The translations under genes and the position numbers were made by a program. The notes under the pieces were generated by a model that was not told where the DNA came from, did no database searches, and saw only the letters and a program-made list of their open reading frames with translations. Below, piece by piece: positions 39,665-48,493 of a stretch of 64,000 nucleotides of DNA; the stretch's first letter is position 1, and each line of letters starts with the position of its first letter. The DNA comes from Candidatus Bathyarchaeia archaeon (lineage in GTDB: Archaea > Thermoproteota > Bathyarchaeia > Bathyarchaeales > Bathycorpusculaceae). The stretch spans positions 62,392 through 126,391 of the forward strand of contig JAVZLH010000002.1 of NCBI GenBank assembly GCA_038883855.1, written 5' to 3'.

Positions 39665-41569
39665 TCACCCAACATTAGAGGCATTTTCAGATACATTTTT
39701 TAGGTATTTTTCTATTTCGTTTTCCGCATTATCTGCCTTGATAAATATGGGCACGTTCTCTATGCCAGTGGCAATGTAGCTTGAAAGAAGCCATTCTCCT
39801 GGAGCGAACTCCAATGTTTTTTCCAGTATACCCTTGTCTATCATGAAGGTGTCGCTGATTAATGCGCGGTCATAGGGGCGCGGTAAAGTTCCGACAAAAT
39901 ACGTATGGAGTTGTTGCAGAGCGTTCGTGTTTAGGTAGGCTATGCGTTGTGTGGCTATGCAGACGCCTAAACCGTATTTTCGTCCTTGCCTAAGCAAGGT
40001 TTCAACATGTGTAGAACATCTACTATCAATGCCAGCGGCATTGCTTGGTATAAATTCTTGTGCCTCATCGAAAACGAATAGGATATACGGTTTGACTTGA
40101 AATCTGCGTTTTCTTCTGACAAGCAAATCCTGCGCTAAGGTTATCACAAGCTCCTTTATCGTGAGGGGGTCTGAAATGGAAATGCATACAAGTCGTGTTG
40201 CCTTGTCCTCTAAAAGTTCCCGTATTTTTTCGGTAGTTAACCCGCCTGTTTCTTTTTCTTCGTTTTCTTGTCTTTTTCTTATGATGTCGATTATGGTGTT
40301 CCTCGTCGTCGCCCAAGCATGTAACCCGCTTTTCTCGTGGACTTTAAATTCCTCTATGGTTTGTATGGCGATTTGATCTATGTATCTGACGAAGTCTTCG
40401 CTCACTTCTTGGTTTTCGCTTAAACCGTGCTCCTCCACGTATTCGAGGATGGCGTCGTGAATTTTGTCTATGGCGTTCATGTAGTGGGGCTTGTCTGTTG
40501 AGCCTTTCCTCTGCTCATTAAGCTCTTCCAAGAACTGGGCATACGTTGGAATCTTCTGTTTAGGCCTAGTATAGTATGCAAGTTTACCTTGTTCCATTAT
40601 GCGTTGCAGTCCAACTTTGATTCTCTCATCAGCCTCATATTCGCGGGGTTTCACAACGGAGTTGAAGAACTGTTCAAGCGACTCTATCCTGCTTTCCATG
40701 ACAACCTTTGCTGGAAACGCTGGATCAGCCAACAAATCCAGTAAGAGGAACACGTATTCGCAACTTATGTCGAAGACAACGACCTTTACATTTTCCATAT
40801 GTAGGAGAATACGCCTAAGTATGTTTGACATCAAGTTGCTTTTTCCTCCGCCAGTGAAGGCGAAAACGCCGAAATGATAGCGGATAAGTTTTTCAAAATC
40901 TACATATATGGGGATTACAGTCTTGCTTGCTTGAAACATCTTTATTAATCCCAGTCTAGGGTCAACCCTTGCGTCATCAACGGTTTTTGACGAGTCTACA
41001 CCGTAAGCTTCAGCTATTTTTTGGTTATAAATTCGGTTTATCATTTCGCTGTTTAAAAGGTAAACTGAGCTTCCAACGATTGGATAAGAGAAGCCCTTAA
41101 CGAACTCGAACTCGCATTTCTTGTTAATAATTAAATCGTAGTTTATTGGGATGGCGTCCATTTGAATCATCATTGTGGATTTGTCGTCGGTGCTCCAATC
41201 ATCCTCGGATTGCTCAATAATCTCAAACTGCATTGGATAATATCCATAGTCGGACAAGCCCCTCAAACCAAAGTGTTCAGGCCAAACACGGCTGATTTCC
41301 ATAAGCGTGTATCGTTCGCTGTTTTCCTGCATTGTTTGCTTGAAATTTTTGACTGCAAGCAGCATCCCCTCTTCTAAGAATCCCATAAGGTCCTTTTGAT
41401 ATTCGACTTTGATGCGGCATTGGTAGCGGGCGCTTGTGCCAGAAAGTTTCGTCTCTTCTGTGCCAGCGGCGAAATATCTTGGGATTACCGCGGCTAGTCT
41501 TGCGCGGAACCTGCCATCAAAGTCTGTGAAGCATTTGGTGTTAAATGGTTTCTCTTCTTGCGGCTTCAA
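39665..41569 (-). CDS. HerA/FtsK-superfamily ATPase with N-terminal barrel
   Basis: HFGVFAFTGGGKS (Walker A), VVFD...EY, FVFDEAQ (Walker B), RQGRKYG, ATQR. Confidence 0.88.
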   Translation of the reverse strand: MKPQEEKPFNTKCFTDFDGRFRARLAAVIPRYFAAGTEETKLSGTSARYQCRIKVEYQKDLMGFLEEGMLLAVKNFKQTMQENSERYTLMEISRVWPEHFGLRGLSDYGYYPMQFEIIEQSEDDWSTDDKSTMMIQMDAIPINYDLIINKKCEFEFVKGFSYPIVGSSVYLLNSEMINRIYNQKIAEAYGVDSSKTVDDARVDPRLGLIKMFQASKTVIPIYVDFEKLIRYHFGVFAFTGGGKSNLMSNILRRILLHMENVKVVVFDISCEYVFLLLDLLADPAFPAKVVMESRIESLEQFFNSVVKPREYEADERIKVGLQRIMEQGKLAYYTRPKQKIPTYAQFLEELNEQRKGSTDKPHYMNAIDKIHDAILEYVEEHGLSENQEVSEDFVRYIDQIAIQTIEEFKVHEKSGLHAWATTRNTIIDIIRKRQENEEKETGGLTTEKIRELLEDKATRLVCISISDPLTIKELVITLAQDLLVRRKRRFQVKPYILFVFDEAQEFIPSNAAGIDSRCSTHVETLLRQGRKYGLGVCIATQRIAYLNTNALQQLHTYFVGTLPRPYDRALISDTFMIDKGILEKTLEFAPGEWLLSSYIATGIENVPIFIKADNAENEIEKYLKNVSENASNVG

Positions 41570-43454
41570 TTGTTGCTCGCCTCTCCCTAAAAGTGCTCAT
41601 GTAAAATATGAACTTTCTCAATTTATGGTTATTGAGTATCCAATCTGCCGTCGTGTCGACGACACGTTTGAACTGGCTGTAATTCCACTTTGCAATCTTA
41701 TCCGCAATGAAAAGGGGTTTGTTGTGGCCGAAAGCCTCTGGTATGCTGGATGGTGCCATAGTAACCAAAACAGCCATCGTTAAGTCTTGAAGCTGGTTTG
41801 GAACAGTTTTATCCATGAACAGTATGACTTCTACGGGTTCTTTTGTTCCGTCGCTTAGTTCGTTCCAGAACTCCACTATGTTTTCTGGTTTGTAATCGTA
41901 TTCTGGATAAACTAAACGGTCAACCAGCAGCACATTACTCCTCAGCAAGGGGTCTGTTTTGGCTTGGCTTAACTGCACATAGGTTTTAAGGAAAACCTTT
42001 TCAAGTCCAATCTTATTTTTTATGGCGCCTCGGACGAATCCTCTGCGGTTTTCTTTGTCTGGAAGCATTGTTCTAAAGGCTGAGTCGTATTCTATTAGGC
42101 TCCATGGTGGCTTTATTTTTTCAGGGTTGAAAATGCTGGCTGACTGGAGTATCATGCGGTCTGTGTTAGGCAACTTTTCAAACTCCTCTCGGGGTATGGC
42201 TTTCTTCAACAAGCCTTCGTTGTGCATTATTGGAATTAACTGTCTTTTGAAATCTCTTGCAGCCGTGTCCTTTGTTATTCCAACGAGCAGTATGCGCTTT
42301 TTCCAGCATTCCTCCATAAGCATTTGTAAAGTGAAAAGTGTTAGGAAGGCAATGTCAAGGGTTGTAAGCCAGTGCTCTTTTCCATCCTTCAAAATTTTCA
42401 TTAAATTAGCCGTTTCAGACTCTGAAACATTGCCAAAGAAAAGGCGGTCGCCTAAACTTGTCACAAGCTTTTTCACGCGTTCCCATGTGGTTACGTACTT
42501 AGGTTTTAAAACATAAGCCTCATTCTTTTCGTCTAAAAAACCTTCTTTAACCAATTGCTTAAGGTACCGCGCCACCCTTTTAGCCCTCTTTTCATCTGTA
42601 ATTTCAAACTCTTCTAGAACTTGCCTTTCGGTTAGGGCACCTTTGCGCCTTGCCAGGTCGATTATCGCATAGCGGAGATAATCTGCCCTCGGAGGCGGCA
42701 ATCCTAAGCCAGCATTGCAGACATATTGCCTAGCTATAATCAAATCGTTCATATCGATTGGTTCATCGTCAATTTTATGCCCGATTATGCTGCTTTTTGT
42801 CTCCCACAACTCGCGTTTTGAAGTGTCATAGAGTAGGCTTGCCCGTTCAATGGATAAGCTTCTATCCAAAAATATGATGCGTGTAGGCTGGTTTGGGTCT
42901 GTGGCAAATTTGTATGCAAGGTAATATTCCGCAAAAGTCATAATCCAATTCGCCACAGTGGCATTATTTATTATGGCTTCATCCGTCAAAGGCTTGATGG
43001 GATTAATTTCTTCCTGCTGTCCCTCAGCGAAAAAGGTTTGGTCAACTTCTGGAATTTCGTTAACGTAAATTGGCACAACGCTTGATATGCCAGCACCTTG
43101 CTGCGCTGTTCGTTCGTTATATTGAACATGAGGCAAGCCTTCATCTGAAAAAGTTACCGTGCCAGTTGAAGCGTAAGCTCCGCCGAAGAAGATCACCAAG
43201 TCAAAAAGTGGTCGTGAATACATTGTTCCATCTATTCCAGCGAAACGGACAACTGGCGTGCCGAAAAACTTCTCTGCTGTTTCTCGCGCGCCTTTGTAAT
43301 CAACGCCCATTTTTATAAGGTTTGAGAGCAACTCATCGTAAAGAGTTCTTATTGAGGAGAAACGTTGTTCATAGTCAATGACTTGCCGGGAAGCCCCAAG
43401 TCTAAGTATATCGCTGGTTCGTTTAATTGCGTCGCCATGCGAAGGTAAACCCAA
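41541..43454 (-). CDS. Large NurA-like nuclease with internal winged-helix insert
   Basis: AGIDGT, AEY, FLDRSL, VGITKD, GHNKPLFIADK line up with NurA DGS/E/DGSL/K/GYPxxLxxAH-D motifs; overlaps the HerA-like gene by 29 nt. Confidence 0.75.
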   Translation of the reverse strand: MGLPSHGDAIKRTSDILRLGASRQVIDYEQRFSSIRTLYDELLSNLIKMGVDYKGARETAEKFFGTPVVRFAGIDGTMYSRPLFDLVIFFGGAYASTGTVTFSDEGLPHVQYNERTAQQGAGISSVVPIYVNEIPEVDQTFFAEGQQEEINPIKPLTDEAIINNATVANWIMTFAEYYLAYKFATDPNQPTRIIFLDRSLSIERASLLYDTSKRELWETKSSIIGHKIDDEPIDMNDLIIARQYVCNAGLGLPPPRADYLRYAIIDLARRKGALTERQVLEEFEITDEKRAKRVARYLKQLVKEGFLDEKNEAYVLKPKYVTTWERVKKLVTSLGDRLFFGNVSESETANLMKILKDGKEHWLTTLDIAFLTLFTLQMLMEECWKKRILLVGITKDTAARDFKRQLIPIMHNEGLLKKAIPREEFEKLPNTDRMILQSASIFNPEKIKPPWSLIEYDSAFRTMLPDKENRRGFVRGAIKNKIGLEKVFLKTYVQLSQAKTDPLLRSNVLLVDRLVYPEYDYKPENIVEFWNELSDGTKEPVEVILFMDKTVPNQLQDLTMAVLVTMAPSSIPEAFGHNKPLFIADKIAKWNYSQFKRVVDTTADWILNNHKLRKFIFYMSTFRERRATIEAARRETI

Positions 43455-43575
43455 CTAACACACCAATTCCGCAATTAGGAGACTTCCGCACTAAAATGTT
43501 TGTCATCACGAAAATGAAAAGTTGTGGAATAAAATGCTTTAAATTAAAGCTGCTTGTTGCAATGGTACGCCGTTT

Positions 43576-45513
43576 TTACCCTTTCTTTCGAATTTTGTAG
43601 TAAATAATGCCGCCCGATACTAGACCGATAATCACAATTATAAACAGCAACCAACTCAGTGGAAAACCGAAAAATCCGCCTTCACCTTTAGCTTTCACTG
43701 TGTAGATTGTTTGCGTTGTCGCAGCATAATTTCCTGCATTATCGTAGCAATCAACGTAAAAAGTGACTATTGCATTTTCTTCTTGACCGGGGATTCCTGC
43801 AGTCCAGTTACCGTTTTCTAAGGTCATGTTTAAACTGTTCCACTCACCGTTGCCCACCCTATACCATAAGGTGACGTTTTTGATGCCACTACCGTCTTCA
43901 AAAATACTTAATGAAACATTGACTTCTTCTCCGACATGAGGCTCCTGTGGAACCCAATACAAATTACTTAGCAATGGTGCAGTGTTATCCACCGTCGCTT
44001 GAATGCTTGTTTCAGCAGTGTTTCCAGCTTTATCATTTGCTGACAGAACAAGGGTGTAAACTCCATCAGCAAACTCTTCGGTTTCCCAAATGCAGATTTG
44101 ACTTCCGCCAGCCCTCCAAACATGCACAAAATCGTCAATCATAATCGTCAAAACATCAAGGTTTGCATCTTCACAGTTAACCTCAACAATGACTGTGCCC
44201 TTAACAAAGCTTCCGTCTAATGGCCGATAGATTTCCACAATCGGCGGAGTGTTATCAATTGTTACTTGGCAAGATGCTTCTCCAATGTTTCCCGCTTGGT
44301 CGTAGGCTTTAAGCTTCAATGTGTAAACTCCATCGGGCAATGTGGAAACGTTCCATACACATGTATGATGCCCAACTTCACTCCATGAGGCTATAACTGT
44401 TTTGTCCACCATTAAATCAGCTTTAAAGAAATCGTCGTCGTAGACGTAAACCTCAACTGTGACATCGTCGGAAAGGTAAATTCCAGAAGTTGGAGACCAT
44501 ATCGCGGCGACGGGCAGAAAGCGGTCTTGCACAGTGTAAGAGTAAACGTCTACACTTGCCCAGTTTCCAGCGAAATCAAAGGCGTAAACTCTGTACTGAA
44601 CAGTTGTTCCAAACGCAAACTCGGGAATTGTTACAGTATATAACCCTTCTTGAGGGGTCATTGTAACGTTTGTCCAACCTGTTCCATTGTTGTATGATAG
44701 GATTACCTCCTTTACACCGCTTGCGAATTCAGGTTCCGTTGCGTTTACGAACAACGAAACAGTTTCGTTGTAGTTTGGCTCCGCTGGGACTCGCTCAATG
44801 TAGGTTATTATCGGAGGGTAAAAGTCTCCAACAACGTAAGAATATGTGGGCGAAACAGCCAAGTTTCCAGCTTTGTCCCACGCATAAACAAGATAGCTAA
44901 CATTTGTGTTGTAGGGTTTTGGGGGGATCTCCACCATGTAAAAACTGTCAATTTTAGTCATTGTCAAGTTAACATTTTCTCCCAAACTTGTGGAGTAGCT
45001 TAAAGTTACATTGGCAACCCCGCTCTTGCAGTCAACAACGCATGCCAAAACAACCACACGGTCATCATAGTTTGGCTTATTGGGATAATGGAGAACTCCG
45101 CGAATAACTGGAGGCAAAACATCAGGCGAGGGATAGCAGCATGCTTTAATACAGTGGATTACCTGCTCAATTAAATCTAATAAGCGATCTTTCCACGGAT
45201 TAATAATCCATTTAGAAACGGTCTTTTTAAGGTCATTACTCAACTTGTTCAAAGAGCCCTCGTATGCTCCAGCCTTAACTTGGCTAATTAGTGCATTAAT
45301 CTTGTTTTGTAGGGCATTCTTTCTGTTATCTGCAAGCCTAGCGTTTCCAAAAGCGTCCTTTGGTAACTCTGTAATATTCAAACGTAATTGCTGTAATAAA
45401 GAAATGGCTGATTCTTTTCGGCAACACTCTTCTGGTATTGCTACGTTTATGTGATGGGAAATTGTGGCAAACGCTAACAGCACAATTATGGTTATGGCTA
45501 GTAATTTTTGCAT
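43576..45513 (-). CDS. Secreted multi-Ig-like-domain surface protein with C-terminal membrane anchor
   Basis: Signal peptide; helical N-domain; five repeats ending A.D.AGN or similar; TM followed by KIRKKG. Confidence 0.8.
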   Translation of the reverse strand: MQKLLAITIIVLLAFATISHHINVAIPEECCRKESAISLLQQLRLNITELPKDAFGNARLADNRKNALQNKINALISQVKAGAYEGSLNKLSNDLKKTVSKWIINPWKDRLLDLIEQVIHCIKACCYPSPDVLPPVIRGVLHYPNKPNYDDRVVVLACVVDCKSGVANVTLSYSTSLGENVNLTMTKIDSFYMVEIPPKPYNTNVSYLVYAWDKAGNLAVSPTYSYVVGDFYPPIITYIERVPAEPNYNETVSLFVNATEPEFASGVKEVILSYNNGTGWTNVTMTPQEGLYTVTIPEFAFGTTVQYRVYAFDFAGNWASVDVYSYTVQDRFLPVAAIWSPTSGIYLSDDVTVEVYVYDDDFFKADLMVDKTVIASWSEVGHHTCVWNVSTLPDGVYTLKLKAYDQAGNIGEASCQVTIDNTPPIVEIYRPLDGSFVKGTVIVEVNCEDANLDVLTIMIDDFVHVWRAGGSQICIWETEEFADGVYTLVLSANDKAGNTAETSIQATVDNTAPLLSNLYWVPQEPHVGEEVNVSLSIFEDGSGIKNVTLWYRVGNGEWNSLNMTLENGNWTAGIPGQEENAIVTFYVDCYDNAGNYAATTQTIYTVKAKGEGGFFGFPLSWLLFIIVIIGLVSGGIIYYKIRKKG

Positions 45514-45704
45514 TCTCCTTCCTCAATTATGCTAATTCGCCTTTGACATAAAAAGGGTTGTTTCCAAAACAACAATATTTCGTATATTAATCACCTTATT
45601 ATGCGTCTTATCAGTTTAGGTAAATTAGGGCTTTGTTTCGTAAACTTTAATAGCGCATTGCGCAATAACTTATTTCTACTTCTAGCTATCAAAATGGGTT
45701 TAGT

Positions 45705-45965
45705 ATGGGTCGTCATCGTAGGGGTGAGATTCAGATTCTGATGGATATTCTATCTTTGTCTTTAAATGGTGTTAAGGCGACTCACCTCATGTATAAAGCC
45801 AATTTAAGCTATTCCACGCTTAGAAGATATTTGTCCACCTCTTTGAAGCAGGGTTTGATTAAGAAAGTTTGTAACGACGATGGTTCCGTTATGTACTTAA
45901 CTACAGAAAAGGGTGAACTTCTTTTAGAAAGGCTGAAAGAAGTAAACTATGTTTTGCAGCGTTAG
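45705..45965 (+). CDS. Archaeal winged-helix transcriptional regulator (COG3432-like)
   Basis: RR.EIQILMDIL...THLMYKANLSY...YLTTEKG. Confidence 0.85.
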   Translation: MGRHRRGEIQILMDILSLSLNGVKATHLMYKANLSYSTLRRYLSTSLKQGLIKKVCNDDGSVMYLTTEKGELLLERLKEVNYVLQR

Positions 45966-46324
45966 CCTATGTCGCATATGGCTATCTCTTTCTGCTTAGC
46001 CTTCAATCTAACCTTCAGCTCCAAGTCGTTTCCAGTGTAGTTTCCAATGAGAATATCCTCGATTTTTATCTCAGTGTATTTCGGCAAGATTATTTCGCCT
46101 GTTGCTGGCTTTTCTTTCTCTATTTCTTTGTTGATGTTTATGAGCCATTGTGGCAGTTTTACTTCTCCTGTTTCTGGGTTATAATTTAGCAGGTTATGCT
46201 GGCTTAGTTTTGTTAGAATTAAGTGTAACTTTTCTTGAGGAATTTGGGTTTCTTTGGCTAGCTGCTTGATGGTTTTTGTTTTTTGTTCCTCAATGATGGT
46301 TAGAAGGTCTGCTGTCGTTAGCAT
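45962..46324 (-). CDS. Hypothetical protein with N-terminal winged helix
   Basis: TIKQLAKETQIPQEKLHLILTKLSQHNLL; beta-rich C-terminal half. Confidence 0.65.
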   Translation of the reverse strand: MLTTADLLTIIEEQKTKTIKQLAKETQIPQEKLHLILTKLSQHNLLNYNPETGEVKLPQWLININKEIEKEKPATGEIILPKYTEIKIEDILIGNYTGNDLELKVRLKAKQKEIAICDIG

Positions 46325-46384
46325 AACTTTAAATAATGCTCCTATATGCTATTAAAGGTTGAGAATTTCTTGTCTATTCAATTT

Positions 46385-46431
46385 TAGGTTTTTTGTAGAA
46401 CAATAGATTTTTGTTCTAGACAATTAACCTA
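46385..46431. promoter_or_regulatory. Inverted repeat, candidate operator between divergent genes
   Basis: TAGAACAA-N7-TTGTTCTA (46396-46418) nested within TAGGTT...AACCTA. Confidence 0.5.
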
Positions 46432-46560
46432 GATGTTTCATACTTAACCCTTTAAATAGAGTGATGTGTGATAACTAAGAGAACGGTGGGAGAGGGAAAG
46501 GGGAAACCAAACGTTTAACCAAGGTTTCTCATCCGCTCCTGTCAGGGAGGGATCATGTAA

Positions 46561-46953
46561 GTGGAAACCTTAGCCAAAAACAATTTAGTTAAAGAGGTCA
46601 AGGAGCAGTGGAAAACCTTATGGCGGGAACGGATAGATGATAAGCTTAGGGCTGAGGGTATTGCTGACAAGGATTATGATGTGCTGTTTGTTGAAAAAGG
46701 CACGGTGATTTTTGCTACCAGAAAGTTTAGGATGTTAACTCTTAGAGAGATATTACAGTTACATGGCGTGATTGATGTTGACAGAGTTCTTGGACCCAGC
46801 CCTTCTGTTGGTGGTTGGGGCAAGTTTATTAGAACATTTATTTCCAGTCGGCAGTCTCCGAAGCATAAGAAAAGAGCTCAACAGTATTTCGAGGAAGAAA
46901 AGCAGAAGCAGCAGTTGAAGAAGGGCGGGCGGGGCTGGCTTCATTTAGTCTAA
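46561..46953 (+). CDS. Hypothetical basic protein
   Basis: 130 aa ORF after GGGAGG; no recognised domain. Confidence 0.6.
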   Translation: METLAKNNLVKEVKEQWKTLWRERIDDKLRAEGIADKDYDVLFVEKGTVIFATRKFRMLTLREILQLHGVIDVDRVLGPSPSVGGWGKFIRTFISSRQSPKHKKRAQQYFEEEKQKQQLKKGGRGWLHLV

Positions 46954-46986
46954 GCGCGAAGTAAAGGCATTTTCCGTTTTCGGAAG

Positions 46987-47316
46987 GTGCGATTTTTGGG
47001 GAGCTATAGGAGTAGGTTCGATATTATAGCTGATATTCTGCATGTGGTTAAGGGTAATGATGGTGGTGCTAAGAAAACTCAGATTATGTATGGTGCGAAT
47101 TTGAGTTATAAGGTTTTGATGAGATATTTGGCTGAGGTTTTGGATGCTTGTCTCCTTGAGTTTGAGAATAATAGGCGTTGTTACGTGCTTACAGCTAAGG
47201 GAAGAGAGTTTTTGGAGCATTATCGTGAGTATTCGAGGCGGAACAAGCATGTGACGCGGCAGCTGGAAAATGTGAACGCCAAAAAGAAACTTTTGGAGAA
47301 ACTTTGCTCCGTATAA
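46987..47316 (+). CDS. Archaeal winged-helix transcriptional regulator (COG3432-like)
   Basis: YRSRFDIIADIL...KKTQIMYGANLSY...YVLTAKG. Confidence 0.87.
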   Translation: MRFLGSYRSRFDIIADILHVVKGNDGGAKKTQIMYGANLSYKVLMRYLAEVLDACLLEFENNRRCYVLTAKGREFLEHYREYSRRNKHVTRQLENVNAKKKLLEKLCSV

Positions 47317-47327
47317 GCTGGTGAAAA

Positions 47328-47813
47328 TTGTTGTTGCATGCTAGGTTTGTAGTAGCCACGGTTTCCTTGATTTTTATTATAGCTCTCGTAGCCTTCTCTG
47401 TTTCCCCAGCTTTTTGCTACGATGAGGATGAGGCGAGGGCTGCGGTTGAAACGGTGGAAGGTGAAGTTTTAAGTTGTTACAGAGCTGTGGCTGATGCGCA
47501 AGCTGCTGGTGCTAACGTTAGCGACTTACTAAGCACCCTTAATGAGGCTGAATGGCTTTTGTCAAAGGCTAAACTAGCTTACAGCCAAAAAGATTTTAAC
47601 TCTACAGTGGTTTATACTGAAGAATGCTTGTCGCTGTTAGGTAATTTTGTAGAGCAAGCTGAAGTTTTGAGGCAGGACGCTGAAGCGGCTAACCGTTGGG
47701 ATTTTATGGTTAACTTTGTGGGTTCAGGTGCTGGTGCTGTTTGCGTTATTGTCGGTGGTTCTGCGCTTTGGACTTTTCTGAAAAAACGTGAAGAAGTTAA
47801 GGAGAAAACTTAA
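47328..47813 (+). CDS. Exported helical protein with C-terminal membrane anchor
   Basis: Signal peptide, helical AQAAGANVS.L region, TM plus KKR. Confidence 0.7.
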   Translation: MLLHARFVVATVSLIFIIALVAFSVSPAFCYDEDEARAAVETVEGEVLSCYRAVADAQAAGANVSDLLSTLNEAEWLLSKAKLAYSQKDFNSTVVYTEECLSLLGNFVEQAEVLRQDAEAANRWDFMVNFVGSGAGAVCVIVGGSALWTFLKKREEVKEKT

Positions 47814-48431
47814 TTGAGTGTTAAAGATTATGGGCTTCTTTACTGGGTTGCTGTTGGAGTCTTAGCTCTGCTCGTTGCTTCACCGTTTCTCAGCCGTGTT
47901 TTAGTTTATCCCCGAACCGAGTTTTTCACCGAACTCTGGATTTTAGATGCAAATCATAAGCCTGAAGATTATCTATTTAACATTACAAAGAGCAATAACT
48001 ATACAATTTATTTGGGGATAGGTAACCGTTTGGGTTATTGCGCCTATTACATGGTTCAAGTTAAATTTAGGAACCAAACGCAGCCAGCCCCGACAAGTTT
48101 CGGACCTATTGAAAATCGTGTCCCGAGCAACTTAACTTCGCTTTTTAATATCACCGCTTTTGTTGCAGATGAGCAGATTTGGGAAATACCAATAACTTTT
48201 TCTTTTGAGTATGGCTATAATACGACGCTTTCAAGGGTTGAATTTTCTGGTTTGCGACTGAACGATGTTTGGTTAAACATGATTGACTACACGATAATTT
48301 GGGATTCTGGTAAGGGAGAGTTTTGTGGTTTTCTGTTCTTTGAATTATGGTTGTACAATGCTAGCGTAAACAGTTTTCAGTATCATGGGCGCTTTGTAAG
48401 TTTGCACCTTAATATGACAGTTTCTGTTTAG
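47814..48431 (+). CDS. DUF1616-domain membrane protein
   Basis: TM followed by EFFTELWIL...DY.FN, YYMVQVK, FELWLY, L.LN.T. Confidence 0.75.
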   Translation: MSVKDYGLLYWVAVGVLALLVASPFLSRVLVYPRTEFFTELWILDANHKPEDYLFNITKSNNYTIYLGIGNRLGYCAYYMVQVKFRNQTQPAPTSFGPIENRVPSNLTSLFNITAFVADEQIWEIPITFSFEYGYNTTLSRVEFSGLRLNDVWLNMIDYTIIWDSGKGEFCGFLFFELWLYNASVNSFQYHGRFVSLHLNMTVSV

Positions 48432-48493
48432 AAGTTTTAGTGCCTAGTTCGCAATTTGATGCTTAGTTTTTGAGGTTTAGTTTGGTGAGTTTT

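Noticed and set aside
39665-43454. Canonical herA-nurA-mre11-rad50 repair operon
   Set aside because: No mre11 or rad50 adjacent and both proteins have atypical size or motifs, so canonical gene symbols were not assigned
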